NCBI GenBank assembly: GCA_043228905.1
Contig: JBHGNT010000001.1
Coordinates: forward strand, 18,848,001-18,912,000
From: Azolla caroliniana
Taxonomy: Eukaryota > Plantae > Polypodiophyta
DNA: 64,000 nucleotides
Direction: 5' to 3'
Positions 1-12,867 of this stretch are shown in pieces. The position numbers and the translations under genes are program-made. Numbering within the stretch: the stretch's first letter is position 1; every line of letters begins with the position of its first letter. Below the pieces are notes generated by a model. The model was not told the DNA's origin. It made no database searches and saw only the letters and a program-made list of their open reading frames with translations.

Positions 1-804
1 ACAAATCAAACACTGGAGCAGTATCTGCGGTGCTTTCTCAACTATCATCAGAATGACTGGGCAGATATTCTTCAGTTCGCCGAATTTGCCTATAATAACG
101 CTATCCACGCATCGACTAAAGTCACGCCATTCTACGCTTATACGGGATATCATCCCCGGTGGTGTGTCCTTGAAACCCCAGAAGTGTCCACAAATCCTTG
201 CGCGGAGGATCGTTTGGAGCAGTTACGCAAGATACAAGCGGATTTATCTACTCAACTCCAGCAAGCTCAACAATCACACAAGGACTACGCAGATCGTCAT
301 CGACTTCCATCCAGTTTTAACATTGGAGATCGGGTGTGGCTGCTACGACGACACATCAAGACTACTCGCCCATGTGAGAAGTTGGATTATCGACGATTAG
401 GTCCTTTCCGTATTATCGGGAAGATTAATGATGTCGCTTTTCGTCTCGAGCTACCTCCGCAACTTCGGATACACCCGGTGTTTCATAGTTCTCTCCTCGA
501 ACCCTATCACGAGAGCACTATCCCAGGACGTACTATACAACCTCCACCTCCTATCGAGCTCGAAGATGGACCTGAGTATGAGGTCGCTGCCATCCTCGAT
601 TCCAAGATTGTTCGCAACAAGCTCTACTATCTAGTCGATTGGCTAGGATATAGTCCCAGCGAGCGTACTTGGGAACCGATCGAGAATGTGACCAATGCTC
701 GTGCTCTTCTAGAAGACTTCCATCGACGATATCCCGAGAAACCGGGTCCTCAATCCAAAACGACTCGTGAAACTCGTCGTTTTAAAGGGGGGATAGTGTC
801 ATAA
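1..804 (+). CDS. 3' end of Ty3/gypsy chromovirus (Tcn1-like) pol: integrase C-terminus, GPY/F motif and chromodomain; 5'-truncated by the window
   Basis: Frame is open from base 1 (TNQTLEQYLRCF...). Contains KLDYRRLGPF, IHPVFHSSLLEPY and the chromodomain EYEVAAILDS...YLVDWLGY...TWEP. The stop falls just inside the LTR. Confidence 0.93.
   Translation, partial: TNQTLEQYLRCFLNYHQNDWADILQFAEFAYNNAIHASTKVTPFYAYTGYHPRWCVLETPEVSTNPCAEDRLEQLRKIQADLSTQLQQAQQSHKDYADRHRLPSSFNIGDRVWLLRRHIKTTRPCEKLDYRRLGPFRIIGKINDVAFRLELPPQLRIHPVFHSSLLEPYHESTIPGRTIQPPPPIELEDGPEYEVAAILDSKIVRNKLYYLVDWLGYSPSERTWEPIENVTNARALLEDFHRRYPEKPGPQSKTTRETRRFKGGIVS
784..796 (+). promoter_or_regulatory. Polypurine tract of the Tcn1-like element
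   Basis: AAAGGGGGGATAG lies immediately before TGTCA (LTR start). Confidence 0.85.
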
Positions 805-1086
805 CTAGACTCGAACCCATAACCTTTTGTTACACGGGTCGAGACTTTACCATTAGGTTATGAGTTGTAATTTGAAGGATATTATTTTCATTTAGGTTTT
901 ATTAGGAAATTGATGTATATTCCAGATTTCTCTGGAACATTCTAGAAACTTCAGGAGTATTCCTGAAGACACTATAAAAGGAGGCGCAAGGCATTAGTTC
1001 GAACCAAATCGGTTCAACGCCAGTCTTAAGCCTTCTAACTACTGTTGTATATCTTCCGTCATATAATACATATATCTTTCGCATCA

Positions 1087-1124
<38 letters not shown>

Positions 1125-1257
1125 ACTCATTCCTTCTCTCAAAGTTCGACGCCTCTCATAGTACTAATCCTTCTCTGTCTTAGTACTATTCCCCAACAAT
1201 AGTACTAATCCTTCTTTTAGTACTAATTCCTTCTCTGCCTTAATAGAGTTCCTGACA
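797..1257 (+). repeat. 3' LTR of the Tcn1-like chromovirus (461 bp)
   Basis: TGTCA...TGACA termini, TATAAAA at ~973 and a (CT)n tract. Unrelated gypsy pol sequence resumes at 1258. The partner LTR is outside the window. Confidence 0.82.
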
Positions 1258-1856
1258 GGAACCGGCTTGAGACTCCACGGTACATGCGGTACCGTGAAGA
1301 TACCATTGGCTCCACGATAGTCGGGTCGACGCACCTGATCTCTCCCGACGAGAGAACGAAGGCTCTCCCGTGCCTTCCGAGCATTCTCCGAAACCAGTCT
1401 TCCTCCGCGGGCAGTAGGAAGCCACCCCCACCGATCTTGATCTCCTGTAGCATCTCGTTGGGGAACGAATGTCCTATGCCGACCGGATTTCATAAACTTG
1501 GGTCGGCCATGACCCCTTTCATCTGCTTCCAGCTGTCCTCCGGCAAGGGAGCCACAACTGGCCTCACCTTCCAGTCCATTGTCTTGTATTCCGTGCTCAC
1601 TAGGGCCGTTCAATCTGACCCAACCATCCTTCCGAAGTCCGCGATAACTTCGTACATTTTGACCGAACCAACCAGAATAATCTGGTCTTCGCGTAGGTCC
1701 TCTTCGGTCATCCTCTCAATCTCTCGAGAGTGTCGTCAAATGAGACCGCCTCCACAGCGTTTCTGACCTCGTCTTCAAAGTCCAAGGTGCCATAGGCCTT
1801 CCAACATTTTTTGACCCGCTTCTTCTCCCGGCCACCGATGCCGGTTATGATACAAC
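1258..1856 (-). pseudogene. Relic A0: degraded pol fragment (pre-RT region) of a Trp-primed-family gypsy; outermost host of the left nest
   Basis: Translates to motifs shared with A1/A2: FLLPAEEDWFRRMLGRHG, CVDPTIVEPM, VPHVPWSLKPVP, AVEAVSFDDTL. Confidence 0.85.
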
Positions 1857-2002
1857 TGTCACAGACACACCAAGTGTGGACTAAGACGGAGCACGGATGA
1901 TGAGGGTACGACGGAGCGATGACGGAATGACACAAGAGCATAAAGATAGAGATGGAGATTAACGAGAGAAGATGGGCAAAATGAGAATACTAGATTTATA
2001 TG
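1857..2002 (-). repeat. Element T 3' LTR, part 1 (split by copia C1)
   Basis: Matches 37938-38083 (tgtcacagacacaccaagtg...). Confidence 0.88.
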
Positions 2003-2605
2003 TGATAGGAACTACACGCTCCGATGAACAACGCTCGGCCACAACCGAGTCTAAAATCAAACATAGAAAACGGATAATGAACGCACGACACAAAGGAGAG
2101 AAGAGTACACAGGATGTTTAACGTGGAAAACCCTGAGAGGGAAAAACCACGGGAGTTCACAGACTCCAACTATCACTATATCACAATGATTACAACAGTG
2201 AGCTCACGGAGGCAACGACCTCGTGCTCACGATCTTCGCCACAAGTGGCAGTTACAACAAAGGCAACGACCTCTTCCTCTCTCTCTCTCTCTCTCTCTCT
2301 CTGTACACTATTACATGCTCACTGATCTAGTGCCAACAAGAATGACAACCACTCTCTAAGTTTGCCCTAAGTCATATTTATACTAATATGACTTTTCGGC
2401 TATTTACAAATATAGCCCCGATGGACTCTCAGAAAACATATTTACGAATATGTCCCTTCATCCGGTGAGCACTCCTCACCGGGCTTGCATTATCCGGCGC
2501 TTGCCGAGTACTCGTCATCCGGTTCTCACCGGGTCTTCCGTAGCTAGGTACTCGTTATCCAGTTCTCACCGGGTCATCCCATCCGGAGGGACCTGCTTCC
2601 TAACA
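2003..2605 (-). repeat. C1 3' LTR
   Basis: TG...CA termini; similar to 28647-29220. Confidence 0.9.
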
Positions 2606-3294
2606 AACCCCCCCTTCATTCCGGCATGGGATGTCTTACTAGTCCGATCCGCTTCCGGCATGCTTCCAGCTTGTCGGGTATGAGTACTTTGGTCAGCATA
2701 TCTGACCCGTTCTCGGCTGTGTGGATCTTTGTTAGTGCGAACTCCTGGTCATCTACTCTTTCCCGGATCCAGTGATACCTTCGCTGGATATGCTTCGTCC
2801 GGGAATGGTAGGCCGCATTCTTAGCAAGGTGTGACGGGAACTGTACGCTCCCCTATACGTAACGCTCGGCCGCAACCAAGCTTAGATTCATGCACAGAAA
2901 ACCGGAAATGAAAGCACGACACAAAGAGGAGAAGAGTACACGGGATGTTTACGTGGAAAACCCAAAGAGGGAAAAACCACGGCAGCCCACAGGCTGCAAA
3001 CTATCACTATGTTAGTATGTACAACAGTGACTTCACGGAGGCAATGACCTCATGCTCACGATCCTCGCCACAGGTGGCGGTTACAACAGAGGCAACGACC
3101 TCTTGCTCTCTCTTTCTCTCTATCTGTACACTGTTACGCGCTCACTCTATTCTTGCACCAACAAGAATAACAACAACAACAACAGTAGTAATTAAAAGTT
3201 TGCCCTAAGTCATATTTATACTAATATGACTTTTCGGCTATTTACAAATATAGCCTCGATGGACTCTCAGAAACATATTTACGAATATGTCTCT

Positions 3295-3530
3295 TCATCC
3301 GGTGAGCATTCCTCATCAGGTTTGCAGCATCCGGCTCTCCATAGCCGGGTACTCCTCATCCGGTCCTCGCCGGGTCTGCACCATCCGGCTCTCCGTAGCT
3401 GGGTACTCCTCATCCGGTTCTCACCGGGTCTGCACCATCCGGCTCTCCGTAGCTGGGTACTCCTCATCCGGTTCTCACCGGGTCCGCATCATTCGGCTCT
3501 CCGTAGCCGGGTACTCCTTATACGGTTTTG
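3295..3530. repeat. ~54-bp tandem repeats in the U3 of the C2 LTR (also ~8095-8330)
   Basis: caccatccggctctccgtagc(c/t)gggtactcctcatccggttctcaccgggtctg repeated about 4 times. Confidence 0.85.
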
Positions 3531-3587
3531 GCCTCGGCCTATCTCCCTTCCTATCCGGAGGGACCTGTCTCCCAACAAACTCCCCCT

Positions 3588-6500
3588 TCACTCCGGCATG
3601 GGGTGTATTACTAGTCCGATCCTCTTCCGGCATGCATCCAGCTTGTCGGGTATCAGCACTTTGGTTAGCATATCTGACCCGTTCTCGGCCGTGTGGATCT
3701 TCATTAGTGCGAACTCCTGGTCATCTACTCTTTCCCGGATCCAATGATATCTTCGCTGGATATGCTTTGTCCGGGAATGGTAGGCCGCATTCTTAGACAG
3801 ATGGATGGCACTTTGACTGTCACAATAGAGTCGGTATTCATCTTGCCGGATACCGAGCTCTCCGATGAAGTCCTTCATCCATAATATTTCCTTGCCGGCT
3901 TCCACAGCTGCCATGTACTCCGCCTCCGTGGTTGACAATGCAACCGTCTTCTGCAGCCTCGATTGCCACGAAACAACTCCCCCTGCATATGTCATTACAT
4001 ACCCGGATGTAGACCAGCTGGTATCCACATCAGCCGACATGTCCGAATCGGTGAAACCGTCAAGTTGAGGTTTTCCGGAGCCGAATCAGAGACACCTATT
4101 TGAAGTGCCCTTCAAATACCGGAGTATCCATTTGACCGCGTTCCAGTGCTCCTTGCCGGGATTGCTCATAAACCGGCTCACCACTACGACTGCGTATCCT
4201 ATGTCCGGTCGGGTACAAACCATTGCGTACATCAAGCTCCCGACGGTAGAGGTATATGGAATCTTCATCATATCCGCCTTCTCTGCTTTCGTCTTTGGGC
4301 TTTACTTACTGGATAGCTTGCAGTTTGCCGGAAGTGTCGATCCGACCGGTTTCACATCTGACATGTTGAACCGGTGAAGCACCTTTGTCACGTACTTCTC
4401 CTGTGACAGCCATAATTGCTTCGCTGACCGGTCCCGAATGATGTGCATCCCCAACATCTGTCTTGCCGGACCCAAGTCTTTCATTGAGAAGGTCCGGTTG
4501 AGAGCCTTCTTCAGCATCTGTATTTTGACTTGGTCCTGTCCGATGATCAACATGTCGTCCACGTACAAAAGGAGTATCAGGAAGTCGCCTCCTTCAATCT
4601 TCTTCACAAACACGCAGTGATCGGCCATCGTCTCGTGGTACCCTTGATCGGTCATGAAGGAGTCGAACTTCCGGTACCATTGCCGAGGGGCCTACTTTAA
4701 CCCGTAGAGGCTCTTCTTCAACTGGCAAACCAGGTGCTCCTTCCCTTTCTCCACGAATCCTTCCGATTGCTGCATGTAGATCTCTTCTTCGAGATCACCG
4801 TGAAGGAATGTCGTCTTCATGTCTAGCTGCTCTACCTCGAGGTCCATGCTTGCCGCTATACTCAGCACCGTACGGATGGAGGTCATCTTTACTACCGGGG
4901 CAAATATCTCGTCGAAGTCCACGGCCTTCTTCTATTGGAACCCCTTCACCACGATCCTGGCTTTGTATCTCGGGGGGTTGCCGGCATCTCCCGGTTTTAA
5001 CTTGTACACCCACTTGTTTCGGAGTGCCAGCTTTCCTTTCGGCAACTCCACCAATTCATACGTATGGTTCTCATGCAGGGAATCCATCTCATCCTGCATG
5101 GCACTTAACCATTTTCGGTTGTGGGTGTCTTCCTTCGCTTCTTCGAAGCTTTTCGGCTCCCCCTCATCGGTCAGCAGAACATGCTCTGCATCCGGAAATC
5201 TCCGGGGGGCCCTTCTCTCTCTGAGAGGATATCTCCGTCTCGGGGCTTCGGTGACCGGCTCATCCATCTGCTCTTCATCCGAATCTGATTCAGGGTGTTG
5301 GCCGGTTCCGGTTTCAGCTTCCTCTACTTCTTCTTCAGCCCGTTCGGTATCCTCACCGTAACCGTCTGGTCCCTCGAGTGCTAACCGGTCTCTTGCCGGT
5401 TGCGTCTGCTCATCATAGAGTCGATCCTTACCGGTCGACTCAGAGTTCATTATCTTCTTCTCCGACTCCCAGTCGGCGAGTGTCTTGTTCTCCATGAAGA
5501 TAATATCTCGACTCCGGAAGACCTTCTTGTCGATCAGGTCCCACACTCGGTAGCCGAACTCATCGTCACCGTAACCAAGGAATATGCATGGCCGGTCCTT
5601 AGCTACATGCACGTACGCGAGACACCCGAACACCTTCAGATGCAGGTACGATACTTCCTTACCGGTCCACACTCTCTGTGGCGTGTCTCCGTCCAAGGGT
5701 ACTGAGGGTGATCTATTTATCACATATGTCGCCGTCGACAGTGCCTCAGCCCAAAACTTCTTTGGTAGTTTTGCATGCGCTAGCATACTCCGGACCCTCT
5801 CCATTATGGTCTGGTTCATCCTCTCGGCCAGTCCGTTTAGTTCCGGAGTCTTCGGCATGGTAAATTCGAGCCGGATTCCCTTCGAGCGGCAGTACTCCTC
5901 GAACTACCGCCGGTATTCTCCTCCGTTATCTGCTCGAACCGCCTTCAGCTTCCGGCCGGTTTCTCTTTCCACTCTCGCGTGGAGCTCTTTGAAGACGGAT
6001 AACACCTGATCCTTCATCTTCAACGGTGTGGCCCACAGCTTCCGGATATGGTCATCTATGAACGTCACGAAGTACTGTGCTCCGGCATGTGACTTCGTGT
6101 CTACTTGACACACATCCTTATGCACCAACTCTAGTGGTGCATTCCGTCTCATCGGTGGCCTTGGTCGGAAGGAGGTCTGGTTCTGCTTACCGGCCAGACA
6201 ATCAATGCACTTCTCTAAGTGCACGTTCTTCACTGGAATGAGGTTGTCGTCTGCAAGCCTCTTCATCCCCTTCTCGCTCATATGACACAGCCTCTTGTGC
6301 CACAACTCACCGGCAATGTCAGATGCCACGTTCACTTCTTCCGGGCATAACCGGGCATTCATCAGGTACAGTGTGTTTACCTTCCGGGCCCGAGCCACAA
6401 TCAGGCTCCCTTTGCTGAACTTCATGACACCGTTCCGGATGCTACCCATGTAGCCCTCATCATCTAGCCGACCGGCTGATATCAGGTTCAGTCGAACCTC

Positions 6501-7618
6501 CGGAACGTGTCGGACATCCCTCAGCAGCAACTTGCATCCAGTTGGTGTCGACAGCCACACGTCTCCTATGTCGACAATTCGGCATGTACCTTCATTCCCC
6601 ATCCGGACATAGCCGTGATCACCGGCTGAGTAGGATGAGAAGCATTTCCAGTCCGGGGTAAGGTGGAACGATGCTCCGGAGTCTACCACCCAGGTCATCT
6701 CATCGCCGGCAAGGTTTATCTCACTCTCCTCGGTGATGAGCATCAATTGTTCTTCACTTGCCGCGATTGATGTCGTTCCCTTCCGGTCCGGTCCCCTATG
6801 GTCTTTACCGTTCCGGTCCGGTGTCCGCTTCGAATCGGTGCCGTCAGTTTCCTTGTCTTTACGGAAGTGCCGATAGTTCTTCTGGAAGTGTCCCGTCTTG
6901 CCGCAATAGAAGCAAGTAGGCCTCCCCCTTGACTTTCACCATGTCCCCGACTTCTCCCGGTTCTGGGGACTACAGTTTCTATGTCTTCCGCGTTCCGATT
7001 CGGTAAGGAGCGCTTTGGAGTCGGAGCTCGTATCCTTATCTTTCTGATGCGCGTCCTCATCTAGCAGGCTCGACTTCACTCTTGCTAAGGATAACCGTTT
7101 TCCTTCCAGCCCGGCGTTGCCCAAAGTGACAACCAACGTCTCCCAGCTATCTGGGAGGGAACCGAGCAGGAGTAGCGCTAGTACCTCATCGGCGAGAGGT
7201 ACTTCCAATAAAGTTGCCTGGTGGATCAGCCCCTGGAAGGCATTCATGTGCTCCGCCATGCTGGAGCCATCTTGGTACAGGAGACTTACTAGCTTCCGGA
7301 ATACCAAAACCTGGTTAACAACATTTTTGTTCTGAAACATTATGCCGATCTTCTCCCAGAGCTCATGAGCCTTGCTCTCTTCATTGAAGTTGTTGTACAG
7401 GCTCATGTCGATGAAGCACCATATGTACGCCGTTGTCTTCATGTGCATCACCTCCCATATCGCGGCGTCGATTTTGTCTGGTCTCTTGTCCCCGAACAAA
7501 ACCGGCAGCCAGAGGTCTTTAACCACGAGCATGTCCCTCATCTTCGACTTCCACACTGAATAGTTGGAGCCGGTGAGCTTGAACATGCTGTCAAACGATT
7601 CGTCCATTTTCTGTGTCA
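3588..7618 (-). pseudogene. C2 gag-pol (gag, CCHC, PR, INT, RT, RNase H) with stops and frameshifts
   Basis: ORF pieces: WVVDSGASFH (PR), LWHKRLCH and NGLAERMN (INT), YKARIVVKGF and LLLYVDDML (RT), RTKHIQRRYHWIRE (RH). Confidence 0.93.
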
Positions 7619-9250
7619 TTTCGCTCTGATACCACTTGCGGGAACTGTACACTCCCCTATACGCAACGCTCGGCCGCAACCAAGCTTAGATTCATGCACA
7701 GAAAACTGGAAATGAAAGCACGACACAAAAGGAGAAGAGTACACGGGATGTTTACGTGGAAAACCCAAAGAGGGAAAAACCACGGTAGCCCACAGGCTGC
7801 AAACTATCACTATGTTAGTATGTACAACAGTGAGTTCATGGAGGCAACGACGTCGTGCTCACGATCCTCGCCACAGGCGGCGGTTACAACAGAGGCAATG
7901 ACCTCTTGCTCTCTCTCTCTATCTGTACACTGTTACGCGCTTACTCTATTCTTGCACCAACAAGAATAACAACAACAACAACAGTAGTAATTAAAAGTTT
8001 GCCCTAAGTCATATTTATACTAATATGACTTTTTGGCTATTTACAAATATAGCCTCGATGGACTCTCAGAAACATATTTACGAATATGTCTCTTCATCCG
8101 GTGAGTATTCCTCATCGGGTTTGCACCATCCGGCTCTCCGTAGCCGGGTACTCCTCATCCGGTCCTCGCCGGGTCTGCACCATCTGGCTCTCCGTAGCCG
8201 GGTACTCCTCATCCGGTTCTCACCGGGTCTGCACCATCCAGCTCTCCGTAGCCAAGTACTCCTCATCCGGTTCTCACCGGGTCCGCATCATCTGGCTCTC
8301 CGTAGCCAGGTACTCCTCATACGGTTTCGGCCTCGGCCTATCTACCTTCCCATCCGGAGGGACCTGTCTCCCAACAAGGTGGATGGCACTTTGACTGTCG
8401 CAATAGAGCCGGTATTCATCTTACCGGATACCGAGCTCTCTGATGAAGTCCTTCGTCCATAATATTTCCTTGCTGGCTTCCACAACCACCATGTACTCCG
8501 CCTCCGTGGTTGACAACGCAATCGTCTTCTGTAGCCTCGACTGCCACGAAACAACTCCCCCTGCATATGTCATTACATACCCGGATGTAGACTGACTGGT
8601 ATCCACATCAGCCGATGTTGAGATATCAAGCTCAACTAGTTTAATCTAGTTAGTCAACACATGTAACTTAGTAGTTACCTAGATCGAATCTAGTTAATGT
8701 GTTGACCTTAAGCCTTAAATAGGACCTTGTACTTAAGTGGGATATTCTAGATCCTCCACTCCTTAGTACATTTAATGTAGGACTTACACATAAGTACCTA
8801 TGTTCTACCCACAGATGTGCACCTTTGCACATGGGTTGTATATATACCTCATTGTGGGTATTTTTGTTGTTGATGACACTTTTCAATATAGTCAATCATC
8901 CCCCATTTATCTTTGTGTTCAAGTGTAACTTCCTCTCTCTCTCTCTCTCTCTCTCTTCCCCTCACACACTCTCACGTGCATATCATACTAATCTTCCGCT
9001 GCTTAACGTAACCATATAATTAGTCTCTAATTAACCCTAGTTAATTGCCCAATTACTTAACATGGTATCAGAGCGCGTGGTTTAGGAAATCCACTAAGCC
9101 CACCGCTTATTCGTTATTGTGTGTTCGAGACGCAGACGACAAATCCCGGCTATTCGCTATCTTCTACCGTAGTGCCGCTACGAAGGACGTGTAAGCGACC
9201 AAGAGAAGAAAAACAAAACGGAAGACACAACAATCAACATGAACAAACAA

Positions 9251-12200
9251 ATGGGAAGCTCGCTCCCTAGCGAAAAGCTAGACTGAAGCAACTATTCATC
9301 TTGGGAGTACAAGATGAATCAATACGTTGTCGGCCAAGGGTATTGGAGCTACATCAACGGCGCACAAGAAAACAAACCCGAAACCACGCACGCCAACTAC
9401 CCAATGTGGGAGCAAGGCGCGAGTCGGGTAATGTATTGCTTGGGAACATGTGTAAACGACCACCTGCTTAGCCACATTCGTGACGCCAAGACGCCCAAAG
9501 AGGTGTGGGAAAATCTCAAGAAGATTTTCGCCACGGACACATCCGCGCGCAAGCTTCAACTGCGGCAAGAGTTGAACAACATACGACAAAAAGAAATGTT
9601 CGTGACAGACTACACCGCCAAGATCAAGAGCATTTGCGACTCTCTTGGCTCCATCAACGTCAACATCGACGAGGACGAGATGGTGCAAGTATGCTTGGGC
9701 GGCCTCGCACAACGATTCAACCCGTTGAGAACGGCAATCTTGGCGAAAGATACCCCTCCCTCGTTCTTCAACCTCCAATCAATGCTATTGGTCGAAGAAA
9801 ACCACGTTCAACCAAAGACCAACACATCGGAAGGAAAAATGCTCTTCTCCGATATGGATGGTGCCCATAGACGAAGCGAGTCAGCTTCAATAAGGCGGCA
9901 ACTTACAAATTACGCCGCAAACGCGAAATACGCGGACTACGGCAGACTCTTCGTGATGAGGCATAGAGCGAACTCTATGATGGCCTCCGATCCCGGAAAC
10001 TCCGCAAGCACCTCCAACTCCGAACACGCGTGGTTCGTAGACTCCGGTGCCTCGCACCACATGACGTTGCACCAAGAGTGGTTTCGCAACTTGCGAACGC
10101 CGGATCGACCCGGCTACATAGAGACCGGAGACGACACTCCGCATCCCATTCAGCACATCGGCGATGTCCCATTCAGGAAAGAAGGCGAGCAAACTTGCAT
10201 CAAGAATGTCTTGCACGTGCCCACAATAACAAAGAATTTGGTCTCGGTCGGCCAAATCGTGGAGCAAGGCATGCAAGTCCGCTTCAACAATGAAGGTTGC
10301 TTCATCGAGAAAGACGGCCGACTCATAGCCAAGGGACGGAGAGACGGTCGCTTGTTCATCCTCAACTCAAACGAGGTAAAATCGGCCATGTACGCCAAAG
10401 GTCTCAAGACCGAGACAAACATCGGGTTGTGGCACAAGCGAATCAGCCACGTAAACCTCCAACGGCTTCGCGGAAGGCAATCAAAGGGAGTCGTAATCGG
10501 ACTTCCGGCCTTCAAATCGAAACTATTCGACCGAGTGTGCGAAGCATGCCAACTCGGCAAACAACATCGACTCCCATTCCCGAAGGAGAGCTCCGTGAGC
10601 AAAGGCCTCCTTGACATAATCCACTCGGACGTATGGGGACCGGCTCAAATGCCGACGCTCGGCGGATGTCGCTACTACGTCACCTTCATGGACGACCACT
10701 CACGCTACGCGTGGATATACCCGATGAAGAAGAAGAGCGAAGTGCTCTCCCACTTTCAAAGGATCAAAAGCCAAGTGGAGAAAGAAACCGGTCGGCACAT
10801 TCGATGCCTACGGTCGCTTGTTCATCCTCGACTCAAACGAGGTAAAATCGGCCATGTACGCCAAAGGTCTCAAGACCGAGACAAACATCGAGTTGTGGCA
10901 CAAGAGAATCGGCCACGTAAACCTCCAACGGCTTCGCGGAATGCAATCAAAGGGAGTCGTAATCGGACTTCCGGCCTTCGAATCGAAACGATTCGACCGA
11001 GTGTGCGAAGCATGCCAACTCGGCAAACAACATCGACTCCCATTCCCGAAGGAGAGGTCCGCGAGCAAAGGCCTCCTTGACATAATCCACTCGGACGTAT
11101 GGGGACCGGCTCAAATGCCGACGCTCGGCGGATGTCGCTACTACGTCACCTTCATGGACGACCACTCACGCTACGCGTGGATATACCCGATGAAGAAGAA
11201 GAGCGAAGTGCTCTCCCACTTTCAAAGGCTCAAAAGCCAAGTGGAGAAAGAAACCGGTCGGCACATTCGATGCCTACGATCGGACTGAGGAAAGGAGTAC
11301 TTCTCCGACGAGTTCACCTCCTACCTCCAAGGTGAAGGCATTCGTAGATAATTCTCATGCCGACACACTCCCCAACAAAACGGAGTAGCTGAGAGGAAGA
11401 ATCGGCAAATACTCGAGGTAGCACGCGCCATGATGCGTGAGAAGCACATGCCGAACTTCTATTGGGCGGAAGCAGCATCCACGGCCATCTATCTCATGAA
11501 TCGATGCACCACAAATAGCGTGCACGGCTTTACTCCATACGATATCTTCGTTGGAAGAAAGCCCATCCTCTCGCACCTCAAGGTGTTCGGAAGCATTGCG
11601 AATGTACGCATCCCGAATGAAAGTCGAGAGAAGCCCGACGCGAAGTCGGAAGAATGTATCCTCATAGGATACTTGTCCGCAAAAAAGGCGTACAAATGCT
11701 TCAACCCTTCGACCCGAGCGGTGCGGATAAGTCGCGACGTCGTTTTCGACGAATCGGCATCTTGGTATAAGCCCGATGCGACTCCATCCGACCCGATCGA
11801 GGAAGAGTTGAACGCCAGCTCGGACGACGAAACTCGGCCAAGTCCTCCACCAAAGGACAATCCAAGCTCTACCGAGCTAATTGGCCCACAAGAGCCTCCA
11901 CGCGATGAAAACATGTCACGGCCAAGTCCGACATCGGACAAAGGCAAAGGTAAGATGCCCGAATACGAAGTCGAGGTCCACCCCGACGACCGTGATTTGG
12001 ATGATTCAGCTCGCTAACTAGACAGTGAATTCAGTGTACCCATCATGAGGACACCCGGAGTAAAGAAGGCGCTCACATCGACAAACGAGAAACTACGCCA
12101 CTCATCACGAGCGAAGACCCAAGTCACTCGTTACGCCTACAACGAGTATATGGCCCATCACTATGCCCTCGCAATGAAGGTAGTGGCCGAGGATCCAAGC
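9251..12200 (+). pseudogene. C3 gag-protease-integrase, disrupted
   Basis: WFVDSGASHHM (PR), LWHKRISHVN, CEACQLGKQHR and IHSDVWGP (INT). No YVDD motif is present. Confidence 0.9.
10344..11275 (+). repeat. 466-bp tandem duplication inside the C3 integrase
   Basis: 10344-10809 is repeated at 10810-11275; the junction lies at ACGGTCG. Confidence 0.9.
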
Positions 12201-12867
12201 CTTCGACACAGGCTTGAGGGGGAGAATAAGCCACGCAATGCCGTGCAACAAAGCCGCGGAGAGCCGCGCAATGACGCGAAGAAAGCCGCACAATGCCGCG
12301 CAACAAAGCCGTGGAGAGCCGCCCAACGCCGCGAAGAAAGCCGCAAGCCACACTGATGCCGACGAAGCCGAAGGAAGCTAAACCGGACATTGGACGCCTC
12401 ACACTTGAGCTTGAGGGGGCGTGTTGAGATATCAAGCTCAACTAGTTTAATCTAGTTAGTCAACACATGTAACTTAGTAGTTACCTAGATCGAATCTAGT
12501 TAATGTGTTGACCTTAAGCCTTAAATAGGACCTTGTACTTAAGTGGGATATTCTAGATCCTCCACTCCTTAGTACATTTAATGTAGGACTTACACGTAAG
12601 TACCTATATACAACCCATGTGCAGCTTTGCACATGGGTTGTATATATACCTCATTGTGGGTATTTTTGTAGTTGATGACACTTTTCAATATAGTCAATCA
12701 TCCCCCATTTATCTTTGTGTTCAAGTGTAACTTCCTCTCTCTCTCTCTCTCTCTCTTCCCCTCACACACTCTCACGTGCATATCATACTAATCTTCCGCT
12801 GCTTAACGTAACCATATAATTAGTCTCTAATTAACCCTAGTTAATTACCTAATTACTTAACAGCCGA

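Larger units (their letters stand above)
2832..8376 (-). mobile_element. Copia C2 (Tnt1/Tork-like, close relative of C1), full length, inserted in the C1 RNase H region
   Basis: TSD AGGTG (2827-2831 / 8377-8381). LTRs 2832-3577 and ~7636-8376. PBS TGGTATCAGAGC (7623-7634, - strand). PPT at 3578-3588. Confidence 0.93.
8616..12862 (+). mobile_element. Copia C3, non-autonomous (gag-PR-INT present; RT and RNase H deleted)
   Basis: TSD GCCGA (8611-8615 / 12863-12867). LTRs 8616-9062 and 12422-12862. PBS TGGTATCAGAGC at 9063-9074. PPT at 12411-12421. Confidence 0.93.
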
